This document shows, one piece after another, positions 25,201 through 38,779 of a stretch of 64,000 bases of DNA. The position numbers and the translations under genes were made by a program. Positions within the stretch are counted from its first letter, which is position 1; each line of letters starts with the position of its first letter. The DNA comes from Octopus vulgaris (lineage: Eukaryota): contig OX597821.1 of the NCBI GenBank assembly GCA_951406725.2, forward strand, positions 32,612,001-32,676,000, read 5' to 3'. Below the pieces are notes generated by a model, which searched no databases, was not told the DNA's origin, and worked only from the letters and a program-made list of their open reading frames with translations.

Positions 25201-26563
25201 TATTTGTTGCCGCTGTTGTTGTTCCTACTACTACTATTTTTATAGCTGTTGTTGTTTTTCTTTTGTGACTGTCACCATGATTGCACTCGTTGTATCGTTG
25301 TTGTTGTTATTATTACTATCATTACAGCTCACGCGTCTTGTCTGTTTGTCTGTCTGTTTTGTCTGTCTGTTTTTATGTCTGTCTTTCTCTAATTCAGCTT
25401 CTTTTTTTTTTCCTATTTTGCCTTTAATTTTTTTTTCTCTCCCACCTTCGGTTTCGCTCTATCCTATACGATGACTTGTTTATTATCCGTCTTCCAGTAG
25501 ATACACTGTAATTATAAAGCAATGATACGCTGCTAAAATTAATTATCTTAAGCTGAACTGAGAAAGAAAATAAGGTTGAAAAATCTAAAAAAGAAATTGG
25601 CCACCAGTAATTATTTTCACCTTCACCCTCTCCATCTCTCTTTCTCCATTCTCTTTCTTTCTCATCCGAACTGGTTTGTTTTCTTATTCTTGAATACTTT
25701 ATAAGATAGATTTATCTTAGACCTTAATAAATCTGTGCACACATACGTGATTAAATGATTTTATTTTTGGTATTGTTATCGTTTTTTTCTTTTCTTTCTG
25801 TAATTGATTTTTCTTTCAGTTTTTTCACGCCTTTACATAATTTTCTTTCTTTAAAAATTACAGATTCTAGTCACGAGTAGAGATGCAACTATAACCTTTT
25901 AGCGAGTCATATTGTAGGATTATACCAATCTACAATCTAGGATTATATATACCAAAACGAAATAAACTAAGACACTTTAGTGAAACCACTACATGAATTT
26001 AACACGGCCAACTAATGAAGAAGCGTGTGAGTGATCTCTGGAAAAATACAATCAAATTTCCCTCATAATATACACTATGTGAAAAGACACATTAAATTAT
26101 GTGGCCCTCGGTAGCTTTAACTGCACATGATTCTTAGTAGGGTGGGATTTGGCTATGAGTTCCAGACAACTAGATGACATTTACTTTGTTTATAAGTCCT
26201 CAGATCTATGACTCTCCAGTTTCCTGCGTATGCTGCTGTTATGCACAGGATCAAACCTCATTGCATTGACTTGTGATGAAGGATGCTCCACAAGTTCAAA
26301 CCCTGGATATTTTTCCTCTTTTTTTGTCAAACATCATGTATTTGGTAACAGAATATTCAATTTACCTTCTTTATATTTTTAAGACTTTACGATGTGATTT
26401 GAGGGAAATTAGCTGTAATCCTTGAGGTCGAGAAACAATTGGCATGCGTTTGATAAAATCCACAAAAATCTATACAGGGCATTTATTAAATTTTGATGTT
26501 CTTTTTGCGTATGCGTGGGGTGCGTGCGTGCGTATGTGTGCGTTCTTGTATACAAACGCATAT

Positions 26564-26595
<32 letters not shown>

Positions 26596-26674
26596 CTATA
26601 TATACATACGAGTGAGTGGAAAAACGAAAACAGGGTACCCAACCAATTTATTGGGAGTTAATGTAAGGATGTGC

Positions 26675-26720
<46 letters not shown>

Positions 26721-26726
26721 GTCTTT

Positions 26727-27121
26727 CTCTTTTACTTGTTTTAGTCATTTGACTGCGGCCATGCTGGAGCACCGCCTTTAATCGAGCAACTCGACCCCGG
26801 GACTTATTCTTTGTAAGCCCAGTACTTATTCTATCGGTCTCTTTTGCCGAACCGCTAATTGACGGGGACATAAACACACCAGCATCGGTTGTCAAGCGAT
26901 GCTAGGGGGACAAACACAGACACACAAACACACACGCACATATATATATACATATATACGACGGTCTTCTTTAAGTTTCCGTCTACCAACTCCACTCACA
27001 AGCCTTTGGTCGGCCCGAGGCTATAGTAGAAGACACTTGCCGAAGATGTCACGCAGTGGGACTGAACCCGGAACAATGTGGTTGGTAAGCAAGCTACTTA
27101 CCACACAGCCACTCCTGCGCC
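26727..27121 (-). mobile_element. SINE family B abutting the PLE 5' truncation
   Basis: Full family-B sequence ending ...CCACACAGCCACTCCTGCGCC. Confidence 0.92.
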
Positions 27122-27123
27122 CC

Positions 27124-28620
27124 TAGTGGCGTCTCTTCCCTCCCACATCCACGACACCAACCATGCTCTCTGGTTTTTCAACTCTTTCTTCTTTCCTCCC
27201 GGCTCCTCCAAAATCCTTTTTACGATGGACATCCAGAGCCTCTATATCGTCATCCCTCACCACGAAGGACAGCGGGCACTTCAACACTTTCTCGACCTCC
27301 GCCCCAACCCCGAACCCGACACCTCCACACTCATTCGTCTGGCCGAACTTGTCCTTTCTCTTAACTGCTTCTCGTTCGCGGGCGAGTTCTACCAACAGTT
27401 CTTGGGAGTGGCCATGGGAACGCGAATGGGCCCCAACTATGCGAACCTGTTCGTTGGCTATGTTGAGGCCCAAATATTTTCTAGTTTCACTGGTCCCACC
27501 CCCGAACTATACGGTCGTTACACTGACGACATTATCGGTGCCACCTCACTCTCCCGTGAACATCTAGATTCCTTCCTCTCTTTCGTTCCATCCTTCCATC
27601 CTGCCCTCCACTTCACCTTCCCTATCTCCAACACCTCTGTCTCCTTCCTCGACATTTCGGTCAGCATTCATCACTCCACTCTTAACACCTCCATACACTA
27701 CAAACACACAGACTCACACTCATACCTAAACTTCTCTTCCTCCCACCCCAATCACACCAAGCATTCCATCCCCTATTCCCAATTCCTCTATCTACGTAGG
27801 CTCTGTAGTGACGACCATGGCTTTGAGACTCAGTCTCAACTCATGGCTCTCCACTTCATCCTACGTGGATACCCCTCATCACTATCCACACCGCCCTTGC
27901 CAGAGCACGTTCCTTAGACCGTGCATCTGCTCTCTCCCCCCGAACCCACACTGCAGTCTCCCGCCTCCCTTATCCCCTCACTTACCACCCCACCACCCCA
28001 CCCTGCAGTCTCCCGCCTCCCTTATCCCCTCACTTACCACCCCACCACCCCACCACCCCACCACCCTACCTCTCCAACGCACCATTCTTCGAGCTTTCCG
28101 GCATCGCCAGTCCGACCCGTCCACTTCATACCTCTTCCCTAACCGACCCCTCTCCTCCTTCAAACGAGCCCATAACCTACGAGACCTCTTGGTCCACAGC
28201 TTCTTCCCTGACACTACCTCCGAACCTGGCTCGTTCCCCTGCTAACGCCCACGTTGCCGCACTTGCCCTTACCTCTCCAACACCACCCTTCTCACTGGCA
28301 CCCATCATCGACCCTATCGCATCATCGACTCCTTCTTCTGCACCTCCAGCAATATCATCTATTGCATCTCCTGCTCTCTCTGCCATTCCCTGTACATCGG
28401 ACAAACGGGACGCCGCTTGGCTGACCGGTTCGCGGAACACCTCCGAGACATCCGCCTTGCCAATGACACACCGGTCTCACGCCATTTCCGCTCCACCGGT
28501 CACTCCTTGCAACACCTGTCTGTGTTCGGATTGTCCTTGCACAGAGGCCATCCAGATTCCCGCTTGCGCAGTGAACAGGGATTAAGTTTCTTTCTTCGCT
28601 TTTACGCCATTTGGTCTCAA
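27124..28620 (+). pseudogene. PLE RT + GIY-YIG ORF, disrupted
   Basis: Frameshift near 27890, about 53-bp internal tandem duplication near 27950-28055, in-frame TAA at 28243-28245. Confidence 0.9.
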
Positions 28621-29328
28621 CTCTTCCCCCCTTTTCATCTAACCTCCCCCCACTTTTCATCTAACTTCCCCCCGACTCCTACTTCTCTTCAGTCCTTCAT
28701 CTTTTCACCCCTACTCTCTTTCCCTCCTCTTCCCTTCTTTCCCTTCTTCCCTCTTCTTCTTTCTTCTTTCTTCTTCCCACTTCCCCTTCTCTCTTTCTTT
28801 CTGCTCCCTCACTCCCCTTCTCTCCCCCTCTCCTCTAATTTCCTCTCCCTCCTTCTCCTCCTCTCCTTCCTTCTCCTCTTCCTAATCCTCCCCTCTCCCC
28901 CTCCTCCCCTCCTCTCTCTTATCTCCCCCTCTCACTCTCCCCACAACCCCCACCCTACCCCAACCCCAGCCGAACCCACACCCCACATGGGCATTCCCCA
29001 CTCTCGCCCCCACCTCCCCACAACATCACACCACACTACACTACACCATACGACATTACACATCACATCATACATACATACACACGTCCAGACCACCAGC
29101 CCTCTTTCACACACACATACATACTCTCTTATACACACACGCACCTTCATGTTGGGGCGAAGTCACTTGACCCTGTTATCTCCCCTACTATCCCTCTAGC
29201 GTCAAACGTCTGACCTCTGACGTCTTACCTCTGATCTCTGACTTCTGCCTGAAATCAGAACGCCATGTTGGACCGTTAGATCCTACACGCATTTTTTTCT
29301 CTCCTTGTTTCTCTCCTTTCTCTTCTGT

Positions 29329-29371
29329 GTATCTTTCTGTCGAAGAGCGTAGGCTCGAAACGTAAAAAGAC
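29329..29371 (+). ncRNA. Minimal hammerhead ribozyme, A6U core variant, in the PLE terminus
   Basis: UCUUU-CUGUCGA-A-GAGC(GUAG)GCUC-GAA-ACGU-A/AAAAGAC. Confidence 0.7.
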
Positions 29372-29484
29372 TTGTTTTATTTCTATTCCTGAGCGCCATA
29401 CTAATACAATTGTTTGTTTGTACTCCACCTGCCTTCGTCTTTTGTTTATTTTCGTAAACCTTCCCGTTATATATATATGTATAC

Positions 29485-29590
<106 letters not shown>

Positions 29591-30905
29591 GTATACGATT
29601 ACATCAGTTAATCTAATTCTTTGTGAATTTATGAATATAAAGTTCTTCAGCTTGAAAGAAATTATAGTCATTTCAGTAAACTGAGGAAAAACGTCGCGCT
29701 TCTCATTTTGTGTGTGGAATTTATGCAGAACTATTTAAGCGTAATACTTATACATTATTGTTTATTTTAAAAGACCTCATTTTAGTTATGAAAACCTAAC
29801 AAATTCTGTATATTCTTCACTTGAAATATCTGCTTTCTTTTTACAATATGTACAGATTCTGTCATTTGATATTTAATTTAAATAAAATCGAATATTTAAA
29901 GTAAATGTATATAATGAACATTTATATGAATACAAATGCGTATACTGAAAGTATTTCATATGACATAAAAGTACAGGTTAACTGCATATCTAATACTAAT
30001 GCTAGTACCAGATCCATAATTATTTTTGAAAATAATATAGCCCAATTTGTTTTATTTAGACATTATCCTTCGGAAATCCTAAAAAGTAATTAAGGAATTC
30101 CGCTAGTTTTATCACTTAACCTAAATGAAAACAGAAAAAGGCAATTGTGTCATCTTAAGCGATTCGGCTTACACTCTACTAATTTATTTCTAGGGATTAT
30201 ATGTGACTTAAGCTGATTTTAGAAGTGCTAGAGTCTAATAGACTTTTAGAAGTGACAAATATCTCTTCCAAATAGATTCATAAATCTAGTTGAAATGTGA
30301 CTATTGAATATCAGAATGTGATCGTTAAATGTAATTTTGAAACGCAAAATACGGTATTTATGTTGCCAACGTTACGGCCATATAGTCTGTATTTGTTTGA
30401 ACACTAGTACTTTAGCAGAAATATTTATTTACTGTAAAGCTGCACATATTTTTACCTTTGAATATTAGAAAGATTGGAGGCAGGTGAGTTTCTTAATCAC
30501 ATTAAATTTTTGCTTCTGTCAGAAACAAATATATGACATTGATTTTTGATAACAATTATTTCCCTTCTGGAAAGGATTTCTCTCTTGAGTTTGATAATTT
30601 TTTAATCATATCCATAAGTTCAGCTTTGAATGAGTGCAATTAAATTTTAAGAGGAGAATATTATAGTTTAGAAATCATATAAGTTTTACTACGTACCCTA
30701 AGGGGAGATTTTTCTTAATAGCAAATATTCTACTTAATCCTTTTACATTTACTTTTACATTTACTTTTTGTAAATTACATTTGAATGCATAGGATTCTAT
30801 TATATATATATATATCTGTTGTTTCCTACTTCGAAAGTTTTAAAAACTCTTGTTAGTTTAATCTGGTACTCAAGTCATAAAACATATATGCTTATATACG
30901 TAGAT

Positions 30906-30941
<36 letters not shown>

Positions 30942-31227
30942 GTAGACGGTTGTAAAGGAACACACGAGTTGATATATATGGAAACAAAGTTAAGGTATAA
31001 AATGCTAAAATAATTTTATAAAAAACCATTTCAATACCTGTTTTTCATTGAGACTTTTTCAACTGTAAGTATAGAAAACAATTAAATTTGGGAAAAATTA
31101 AAAGAAAAGTTTTTAAAAGAATATTTGCATAGTATTCAAATACAAGGGGCATTTTCCTTGTTTCTGCCTGTCTCTGTCTCTCTTGTTTACTCTTGTGGGT
31201 TCGAGGTCGTTGTGAATTCTTGGCAGG

Positions 31228-31365
31228 GAAGAAGAAGGAGAAGAAGGAGAAGAAGAAGAAGAAGAAGAAGAAGAAGAAGAAGAAGAAGAAGAAGAAGAAA
31301 GAAGAAGAAGAAGAAGAAGAAGAAGGAGGAGGAGGCGGAGGAGGAGGAGGAGGAGACGAAGAAGA
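31228..31365. repeat. (GAA)n/(GGA)n microsatellite
   Basis: Seen directly. Confidence 0.95.
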
Positions 31366-31449
31366 ATGCGGGAGTGCCATGATATTAGTAGGATGTGAAA
31401 TCGTCAAGTGCCCTGAAAGTGTCTTGTGGATGGTAGTAGTGATTAAATT

Positions 31450-32055
31450 CTTGAGACATCTCTACGTATAAAAATGGCTCTGCACAGATCCCAGATCAAA
31501 ATTCCCAAAAACAGAAAAATAGCATTAGCCAAAACATAGACATTTGCGCCAATGACAAAAATCCAAGCTTCAGAAATTTTCCCCACTAGCAATTCAGGGA
31601 CGATACAACCTGTAGCCAAAGAATTTGTAAAAAGACTCTCTTCATTACAAAATACAGACCATGTTTGAACGCATCTACAACAAACGATATATCTACCACG
31701 GCCTTAGAATAATACAAACACCACACTCAAATATTAAAAATGGTACACTCGAGAGATTCTCAAAACTTCATTAAAAAACAGTTCCAATCACTGCTATAAT
31801 CCATAACGAATCACTGTTAGGTCACTTGACCATTTAACATCCTACTACCATCATATCACCTATAAAGATGACGAATATTTTTTTCGAAATTCTTTCGTAG
31901 CCACCGACTGGCATTTGAAGCAGAAACAGCCGTAAGATATGTTGTTATATAAATGCTATGTCACGTTCTGTATTAAAAAGTATTCCATAGATGTGGTCCA
32001 ATTTCTTTTGTTTGTTGATCAAAAGTTCTCTCCATTTTCTGATTACTTAAATTTA
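31450..32055 (+). mobile_element. Decayed 3' end of a second PLE family (GIY-YIG C-terminus plus terminal segment)
   Basis: ETSLRIKMALHRSQIKIPKNRKIALAK../IDICANDKNPSF../FITKYRPCLN resembles PLE endonuclease C-termini; the terminal segment at about 31875-32055 recurs at about 32455-32615. Confidence 0.6.
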
Positions 32056-32454
32056 CACACATACACACAGACACACACAGACACACAAAGACACATACAC
32101 ATACGCACACACACACACACACATATATATATGTTTACACATTTTACCCATCACCCCTAAGAATGGGATAATATAGTTCCATGTTAGTCAATTAATTCCG
32201 ATTGGTGAATGGGATTTTGAATTATTTTGTTTACTCTATAGCGTTTTAAGGAAAGCATATTTGTTTTAACAGTTTAATAAATTTTTGGTGTCTGAATTTG
32301 AGTATGAAAATAACAAACGACTTTATACACATGTATACAACCGTACATAAATTTAATCTTATACATATATAGATGTAAACACACACACGCCTATACATGC
32401 ACAAACACATATAGAGGGACATCACCATACCAGCACAGACACGCAGGTATATAT

Positions 32455-32615
32455 TATTTTCGAAATTCTTTCGTAAGCACCGACTGGCATTGGAAGCGGA
32501 AACGGCCGTAAGAAATGTTATGTCATGTGTTGTATTGAAAATTAATCTACAGATGTGGTCGAATTTGTTCGTTTGTTGATCAAAAGTTCTCTCAATTCTC
32601 TGATTATTTAAATTT
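32455..32615 (+). mobile_element. Solo copy of the 31875-32055 terminal segment
   Basis: Diverged direct repeat containing GGAAACGGCCGTAAGA (GAAA plus palindromic ACGGCCGU). Confidence 0.65.
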
Positions 32616-32798
32616 GATTCCTGATAAACTTTTGTTTATTCTGTTGTTACCTTACCCTGCGTGCTTAGTGTGTTTGTATACCCTTGCCCAGGGCTAGCAC
32701 AGGTAACTGATACCGATAGTAAATACGGATATTTTATCCCATGGTTGGTTACTATAACCTCTAATTCTGCTTACCTACATCTATTTATTTATCTATCT

Positions 32799-32872
<74 letters not shown>

Positions 32873-32896
32873 ACACGCGCACGCACACACACACAT

Positions 32897-32932
<36 letters not shown>

Positions 32933-32933
32933 G

Positions 32934-32976
<43 letters not shown>

Positions 32977-34487
32977 ACATCTACAAACAGGCGCATATAT
33001 ACAGTTTACAGTTATATATTTATGTATGTATGTACGTATATGCGAGTGATTGAACAGCAGAAATTAACCATTCTACAGATATAGTGGAAATAGTATTTAT
33101 AGAGTGTTCTGCTTAAATCCGTGCCTCATTTTTTCAAGAACAACTTCATGTACGGTTGCAAAATCATCGAAGTTGGAGAACATAGCTATTAAAGATTTAA
33201 ATGAGAAATTTTTCGCTGACATAAAGGACTGAAAGTGATCTGAATACTGCGAAAGAGTTGCCTGTATCATGATTATTCGCGCCGGCTATCAAAACGCCGA
33301 TATCATGGTTGTAAGGTGTGATATTTAAAAATTCCTATTAAAGTATTTTCTTTTGCTACTGGTCTTCAAACACTTCGAATTTAACAGATCATTAAGATTT
33401 ATCTCAATGGATTATTCCAGATTATTCCATGGCTCGATATATATTTTTTGGTTCCTTGAAAAACAAAACCTATTGTTCTATTTACTAACATTGCGTATAT
33501 TTATTCCTTGGTTTTAATTCTTGTTTTGTTATCTCATAAACTTTCCTTATCCAGCTTTTTGTTTCTGTATATGCCTTCACACAGAATGGCTTTTAAATTG
33601 ACAGTTTTTCTACGCTCTCTATTTCACATAATAATTTTACTTGCAAAGCATTCATGAATTTCTTCTCAATAAAATGTTATACTTTAAACATATGGCCACT
33701 TTAACACAGCATCACAAAAGATAATCTTATTTTACGTAATACGTTATAATTTCCTCTCACTGAATATGTAAAAATTTGTGCAAATTTAAAGGTGCAATTC
33801 TGTCAAGTAGGATGGTATCCAGGTTGTATCTAGGATGGTATCTGGGCAGCTCAAAACAGGTTTTGAGTTATCCATTCGATTGTGTTTACTATATAACAAA
33901 CCGCATACGTTGCAATCCATTCTTTTTTCAATTTTTATTTCTGTATATAATTATTTATTGGTTTAGTACATGGTACATTGCTTAATATGTACTAGTTGTA
34001 CATTTGGTACATATACTCATTCGCAGGATAAGTAGTAATTTGCCTAATTAAATTACTACGATCTTTTTTATCCGTTTTGCATTATTACATCTAGATAGAT
34101 AGATAGATAGATACATAGATAGATAGGTAAGTAGGTAGGTAGGTAGATAGGTAGGTAGGTAGGAAGGAAGGTAGGTGGATGGATGGTAGAGAGAGAGAGA
34201 AATAGTAAGAAAGGGAGGGAGTGAAAGACAGACAGATAGACAGATAGGCATTATTTTTATATCTACACATTCGTGTTATCCTCACGCATTTTTACTTTTT
34301 TAAACTTTTATATTTTCAAAATTTCGTAAAAGTTATTTTCGAAACCAATACATTTTTTTTTCCAATATTACCAAACGTATGCTACAGCAAGTCAAATACA
34401 GTCTCAAGAGAGAAGGAAGAGGAGACTTTCTCAGCATCAGCAAAAGCATGCTGCAGCACGTCTGATGTAGTCCCAAGATCAGCAAAG

Positions 34488-34995
34488 GCAGTATTTCGTC
34501 TGCCGTTACGTTCTGAGTTTAAATTACGCCGAGGTCGACTTTGCCTTTCATCCTTTCGGGGTCGATTAAATAAGTACCAGCTACGCAAAGGGGTCGATAT
34601 AATCAACTTAATCCGTTTGTCTGTCCTTGTTTGTCCACTCTGTGCTTAGCCCCTTGTGGGTAGTAAAGAAATAAGTATTTTGTTAATCTATACGTTCTGA
34701 GTTCAAATTCCGCTGAGAGCGACTTTGTCTTTCACATTTTCTGTATATGCCTTCACACAGCATGGAGTCAGTATTATCAGTACCAAGGCGGCGAACTGGC
34801 AGAATCTTTAGCACGCTGGGCAAAATGCTTAACTACATTTTGACCGCCTTTATGTTCCGTGTTCAAATTCCGCCGAGAACCAATTTGCTTTTCATCATAT
34901 CTGAGTCGATAAAATAAATATCAGTTAAGCACTAGTGGTCGACTAAACTCCTCCCCCAAAATTGCTAGCCTTGTTACAAAATTTGAACCCAATAT
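34488..34995 (+). mobile_element. 5'-truncated SINE A (34488-34676) followed by older SINE A-related fragments
   Basis: Matches the 3088-3276 part of family A; degraded copies at about 34690-34740 and 34785-34995. Confidence 0.85.
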
Positions 34996-36277
34996 TATCC
35001 GTTACCATCTAGTGCAGCCTTCTTTGAAATTCAACCTCTTTATAGTCATGTTTACATAAACTGTTAGAATAAATCATACAATAACGGTTAATATTAAATT
35101 TTCCCCAATACGCATAACATATTTCACCCAAGTTCTAAACTATGCATACCATCATTTTCCCTGCAATTTGCAATAATTTAAAAACATCATATCGACCATG
35201 TCGATTTTTTAACTTTTATTCTACTTTACTACATGCTGCCACATATTAAAACTATTTGTTCCATCGTTGATTCTCTTCTAATATGTTTATATATGGCTAA
35301 TATCCCTTCTTATAGAATTTGTAAAGCCAGATTAAGTGAAACGTTGAAACTGCTGTCACCTTTCAAAGAAAGTGTATACATGGCATAGGATAAATATATA
35401 GAAATGCTTACACAGAAATAAGCACGAACGCACCTTACACTCATATGTTTATACATATGTATAGAAACATATATGTGTGTGTATGTATGAATGTGTGTGT
35501 GCATACAAGTGTGTGTGTGTATGTGTGTGCTCACATGCAAGCGTATATTTCCATGCACACACACACATGCACGCACATATATATATATATATAAGCGCAT
35601 ATATGCATATATACATATTATGCTTACCCGCACACACATACATACACACACGCACACACACACACACGCATATATGTGTGTACGTATATGCATATGTGTG
35701 TGTGTCTATGTATATGCATATGTGTGTGTATCTATGTATACATACATACGTACATATATATACATACATATACACACACACAGTAAAGCAACAGATGCGT
35801 AGAAACCGATTGTGAAAGAGATGAGGCCATGAAAGAGAAAGAGAAGGAAGGAAGGTATTGAGAAAGTGAAACAATGGAAGTACAGAAGTCAGCTGAGCCA
35901 AATGATTTGGCTTGACAAGATCAAAAGTACACGACAATATGTCAGCCAACAAACGTTTTCCCTCATCAACGGTGACAGTTTGAAAGTATAGAGCTGATGG
36001 AGAAAGGTTAACTGTAAGGAAACAAGGACAATATCAAACGTCGAAATGCAAAACATTAAATGCAAAAACTATACATACACTCTTGACCTCTTCAAACTAC
36101 TGGAGGAAAAAAATCTGTTGTTTGGTTAAAGCAGAGAACAGTGGTTTCGTTTTAGTATTTATCTTACGTTTGGTCGTTACACAGTAGAAATAGCGCACAG
36201 ACGGGTTAGATTGCCTTTTCATATCTAGTTGTGTTCATTAACGATCTGCGTTCACTTTCCACAGTGTGTATATAAGA

Positions 36278-37390
36278 TGCAGTGCTGAAAAGTTCCTGAC
36301 TTTAAGTATATCGTGATAGTCCTGGCTGGACTCCCTAACTTCGAGTTCATTTACAGGGCTTAGAAAAACAGAAGGACCGCTGCAATAATCTACGGAAATA
36401 TGTTGAATAAAATCCTAATTAACTGATCCACGTGTATATTCTTTTACACTCAAAGCCAGATCAGTGGTAGGCTGCCCGACATTCACGGGAGGCTTCAGGT
36501 ACCATTAACCTGAACAATCCGCACAAATGGATGAATAAGTTTAAAGAATGGTAAGACGACTTTAAAGACAGACCACACAATTGGAGACATTCAACCATTG
36601 GCACGAGTCGGAAGCAAGGGAGCGAATTGATTCGGACAGACGGACGTGCCACAAGCCTTGAGGTTGCCGCACATCTAAACCGGGATCACAACGTATTATA
36701 AAATACGATGGAAGAATTTGATTATCGTTTAGTATACGCAAAGTGGATACTTCAGCAGGCAACGCCCGATTGAAAGGGACAAGAGTGGAAGTCTGTTCTT
36801 TCGAGTGAAGTCAATGGCGAAAGAGTTGAACCGTGGCCAAATTGCTATAACACGGGAATGAAGACTCATGGTGACTGTTTTGGGAGATAACAAAGGCGTT
36901 ATTTCCCTTGATTGTCTGAAACGTGACTGTAGCAAACTGGGGTACCAAGAATCTCAAGGAAGATATTAGAAAGCAAGATACTGCACGAAGCTTCGAAAAC
37001 TATTTTCATTCACCATGAGAATAGGTGACCACACATGTCTTTGGATCAATCGGCAAATTTCATCCCCATCCACAGTAGTTCATCATCTTCCATGCACATC
37101 CATCTCGTGTCTTTCTCTATCCAGCTATCTGATCTAATGAATGATAGTTTTCACCGACATTGATTTGATGAGGCACACGAATTGGAAGGGGCTGTGTATG
37201 AAGAATTGGGTACCACGGTGCACAAATAAGGGAATTCGTGATCTGGGCTGTACTATGACTTGCGTTAACAACTATTTTGAGTCGTACCATTCGATGGATG
37301 AAGAGTTATTCTACAAACATGTGCAATGTGAACGACTATGTTTATGCTAAACGTAGCGCTCAAGTCTGCACTTTTGCATTACTGTTGGTA
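36278..37390 (+). mobile_element. Mariner-derived MITE-like piece and heavily decayed mariner remnant
   Basis: GTGCTGAAAAGTTCCTG end, GAAATATGTTGAATAA (EYVE*), MVTVLGDNKGVISLDCL (M.TVFWD..GVI..D.L-like). Confidence 0.6.
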
Positions 37391-37419
37391 TAAACCCTGT
37401 GTATACACACACATGTACG

Positions 37420-37464
<45 letters not shown>

Positions 37465-38551
37465 GTATATATACATATATGCACATCTTTGGTGGGGTGA
37501 ATGACATAATAAAAATTATTGAATACTTCTAATAATTTTAATTTGTTTTTAGCTTGTGATTAACTTCGCTGCCAAAAATTCCACTGAATCCGATACAACA
37601 GGTGATAATTAATAAGACTTGCTATTCTAGCAAAACTAATCTGTCAGTTTCTTATCCAAGATTGTAACACTGGGTCACTGATAATAGATCCCAGCTAGAT
37701 CACGAAAATATTCATTAAATAAACTCAAAATTCTATACTCAGAGGAGGAACGGAAATGCCCATAACCATTATTCTGTGACTCTGAAATATTGGGTGGGAG
37801 AAAATAAAGATGAGATACACAGTTAAGTGTTTTCCCGAACCCAGAACTGTGATATAAATACTTGTAATAGAAAGACTCCGCTAAAGGCCCCGAGCGCTGC
37901 GTGCTGGTTTTAAAACGGACGATAAATTTCATTTTTCGAAATAAAAAGTAAAAGACTAACATCTGGCTTTTTATAAATTTTTTTCTACTTAATTCATATC
38001 GCAAATGCCTAGCAATAGTGATTGTTGCATCATGTCAAGCCAATCACTGGGACGCTACATTTTCAGTATAAGGGTGAAAGAGAGAGAGAGAGAGGGAGAG
38101 AGAGAGAGAGAGAGGGAGAGAGAGAGAGAGAGATGAACAGGGTCCGTGGAGAACAAACATTGAAAGATAATTGAGAAACATTGTTTATCAGAATTGATTA
38201 GAATCCTTTAATCATGATTATAGTAGCTTGTCTTATAGAAGGTTACCCCAAATGAGATTTACTTAGGCAAACTATTACAATATTTGATCTGCAACCAAAT
38301 GTAACATCTAATGTGGTATTTGAGTTTTTCTTTATTTTTTTATTTTGAGATATTACCTGTGACCAGTGTCGTGTTGTGCATACCATATATTCTATTTATT
38401 ACGAATATCTTAGGTCTTTTCAATGCACAGGTAATGTTTGTTAGCACCAATAGTGCAGTCTACTTGAGAGAAATGCGTTTTGAGGCTAGTGCTAATCTTT
38501 AAACACAAAATACATTGATATTTATCAAATGTATACCTCTTAAATAATATA

Positions 38552-38779
38552 TATTTCTTTGCTACCCGCAAGGGGCTAAACATAGAGGGGACAAACAAGG
38601 ACAGACAAAGGGATTAAGTCGTTTACATCGACCCAGTGTGAAACTGGTACTTTATTTATCGACCCCGAGAGGATGAAAGGCAAAGTCGACCTCGGCGGAA
38701 TTTGAACTCAGAACGTAACGACAGACGAAATGCCGCTAAGCATTTCGCCCGGCGCGCTAATGTTTCTGCCAGCTCGCCG
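38552..38779 (-). mobile_element. SINE family A, full length
   Basis: Perfect 16-bp TSD CCTCTTAAATAATATA at 38536-38551 and 38780-38795. Confidence 0.95.

Larger units (their letters stand above)
27124..29468 (+). mobile_element. Penelope-like retroelement (Neptune-type), 5'-truncated and inactive
   Basis: RT motifs FTMDIQSLY, GVAMGTRMGPNYANLFVG, RYTDDI, FLDI, YKHTDSHSYLNFSSSHP; linker C*RPRCRTC; GIY-YIG NIIYCISCSLCHSLYIGQTGRRLADRFAEH; pyrimidine-rich 3' UTR; hammerhead terminus joined to (TA)n. Confidence 0.95.

Noticed and set aside
28620-29199. Long Pro/Leu/Ser-rich extension of the 260-aa ORF
   Set aside because: It is read-through into the pyrimidine-rich PLE 3' UTR after a frameshift
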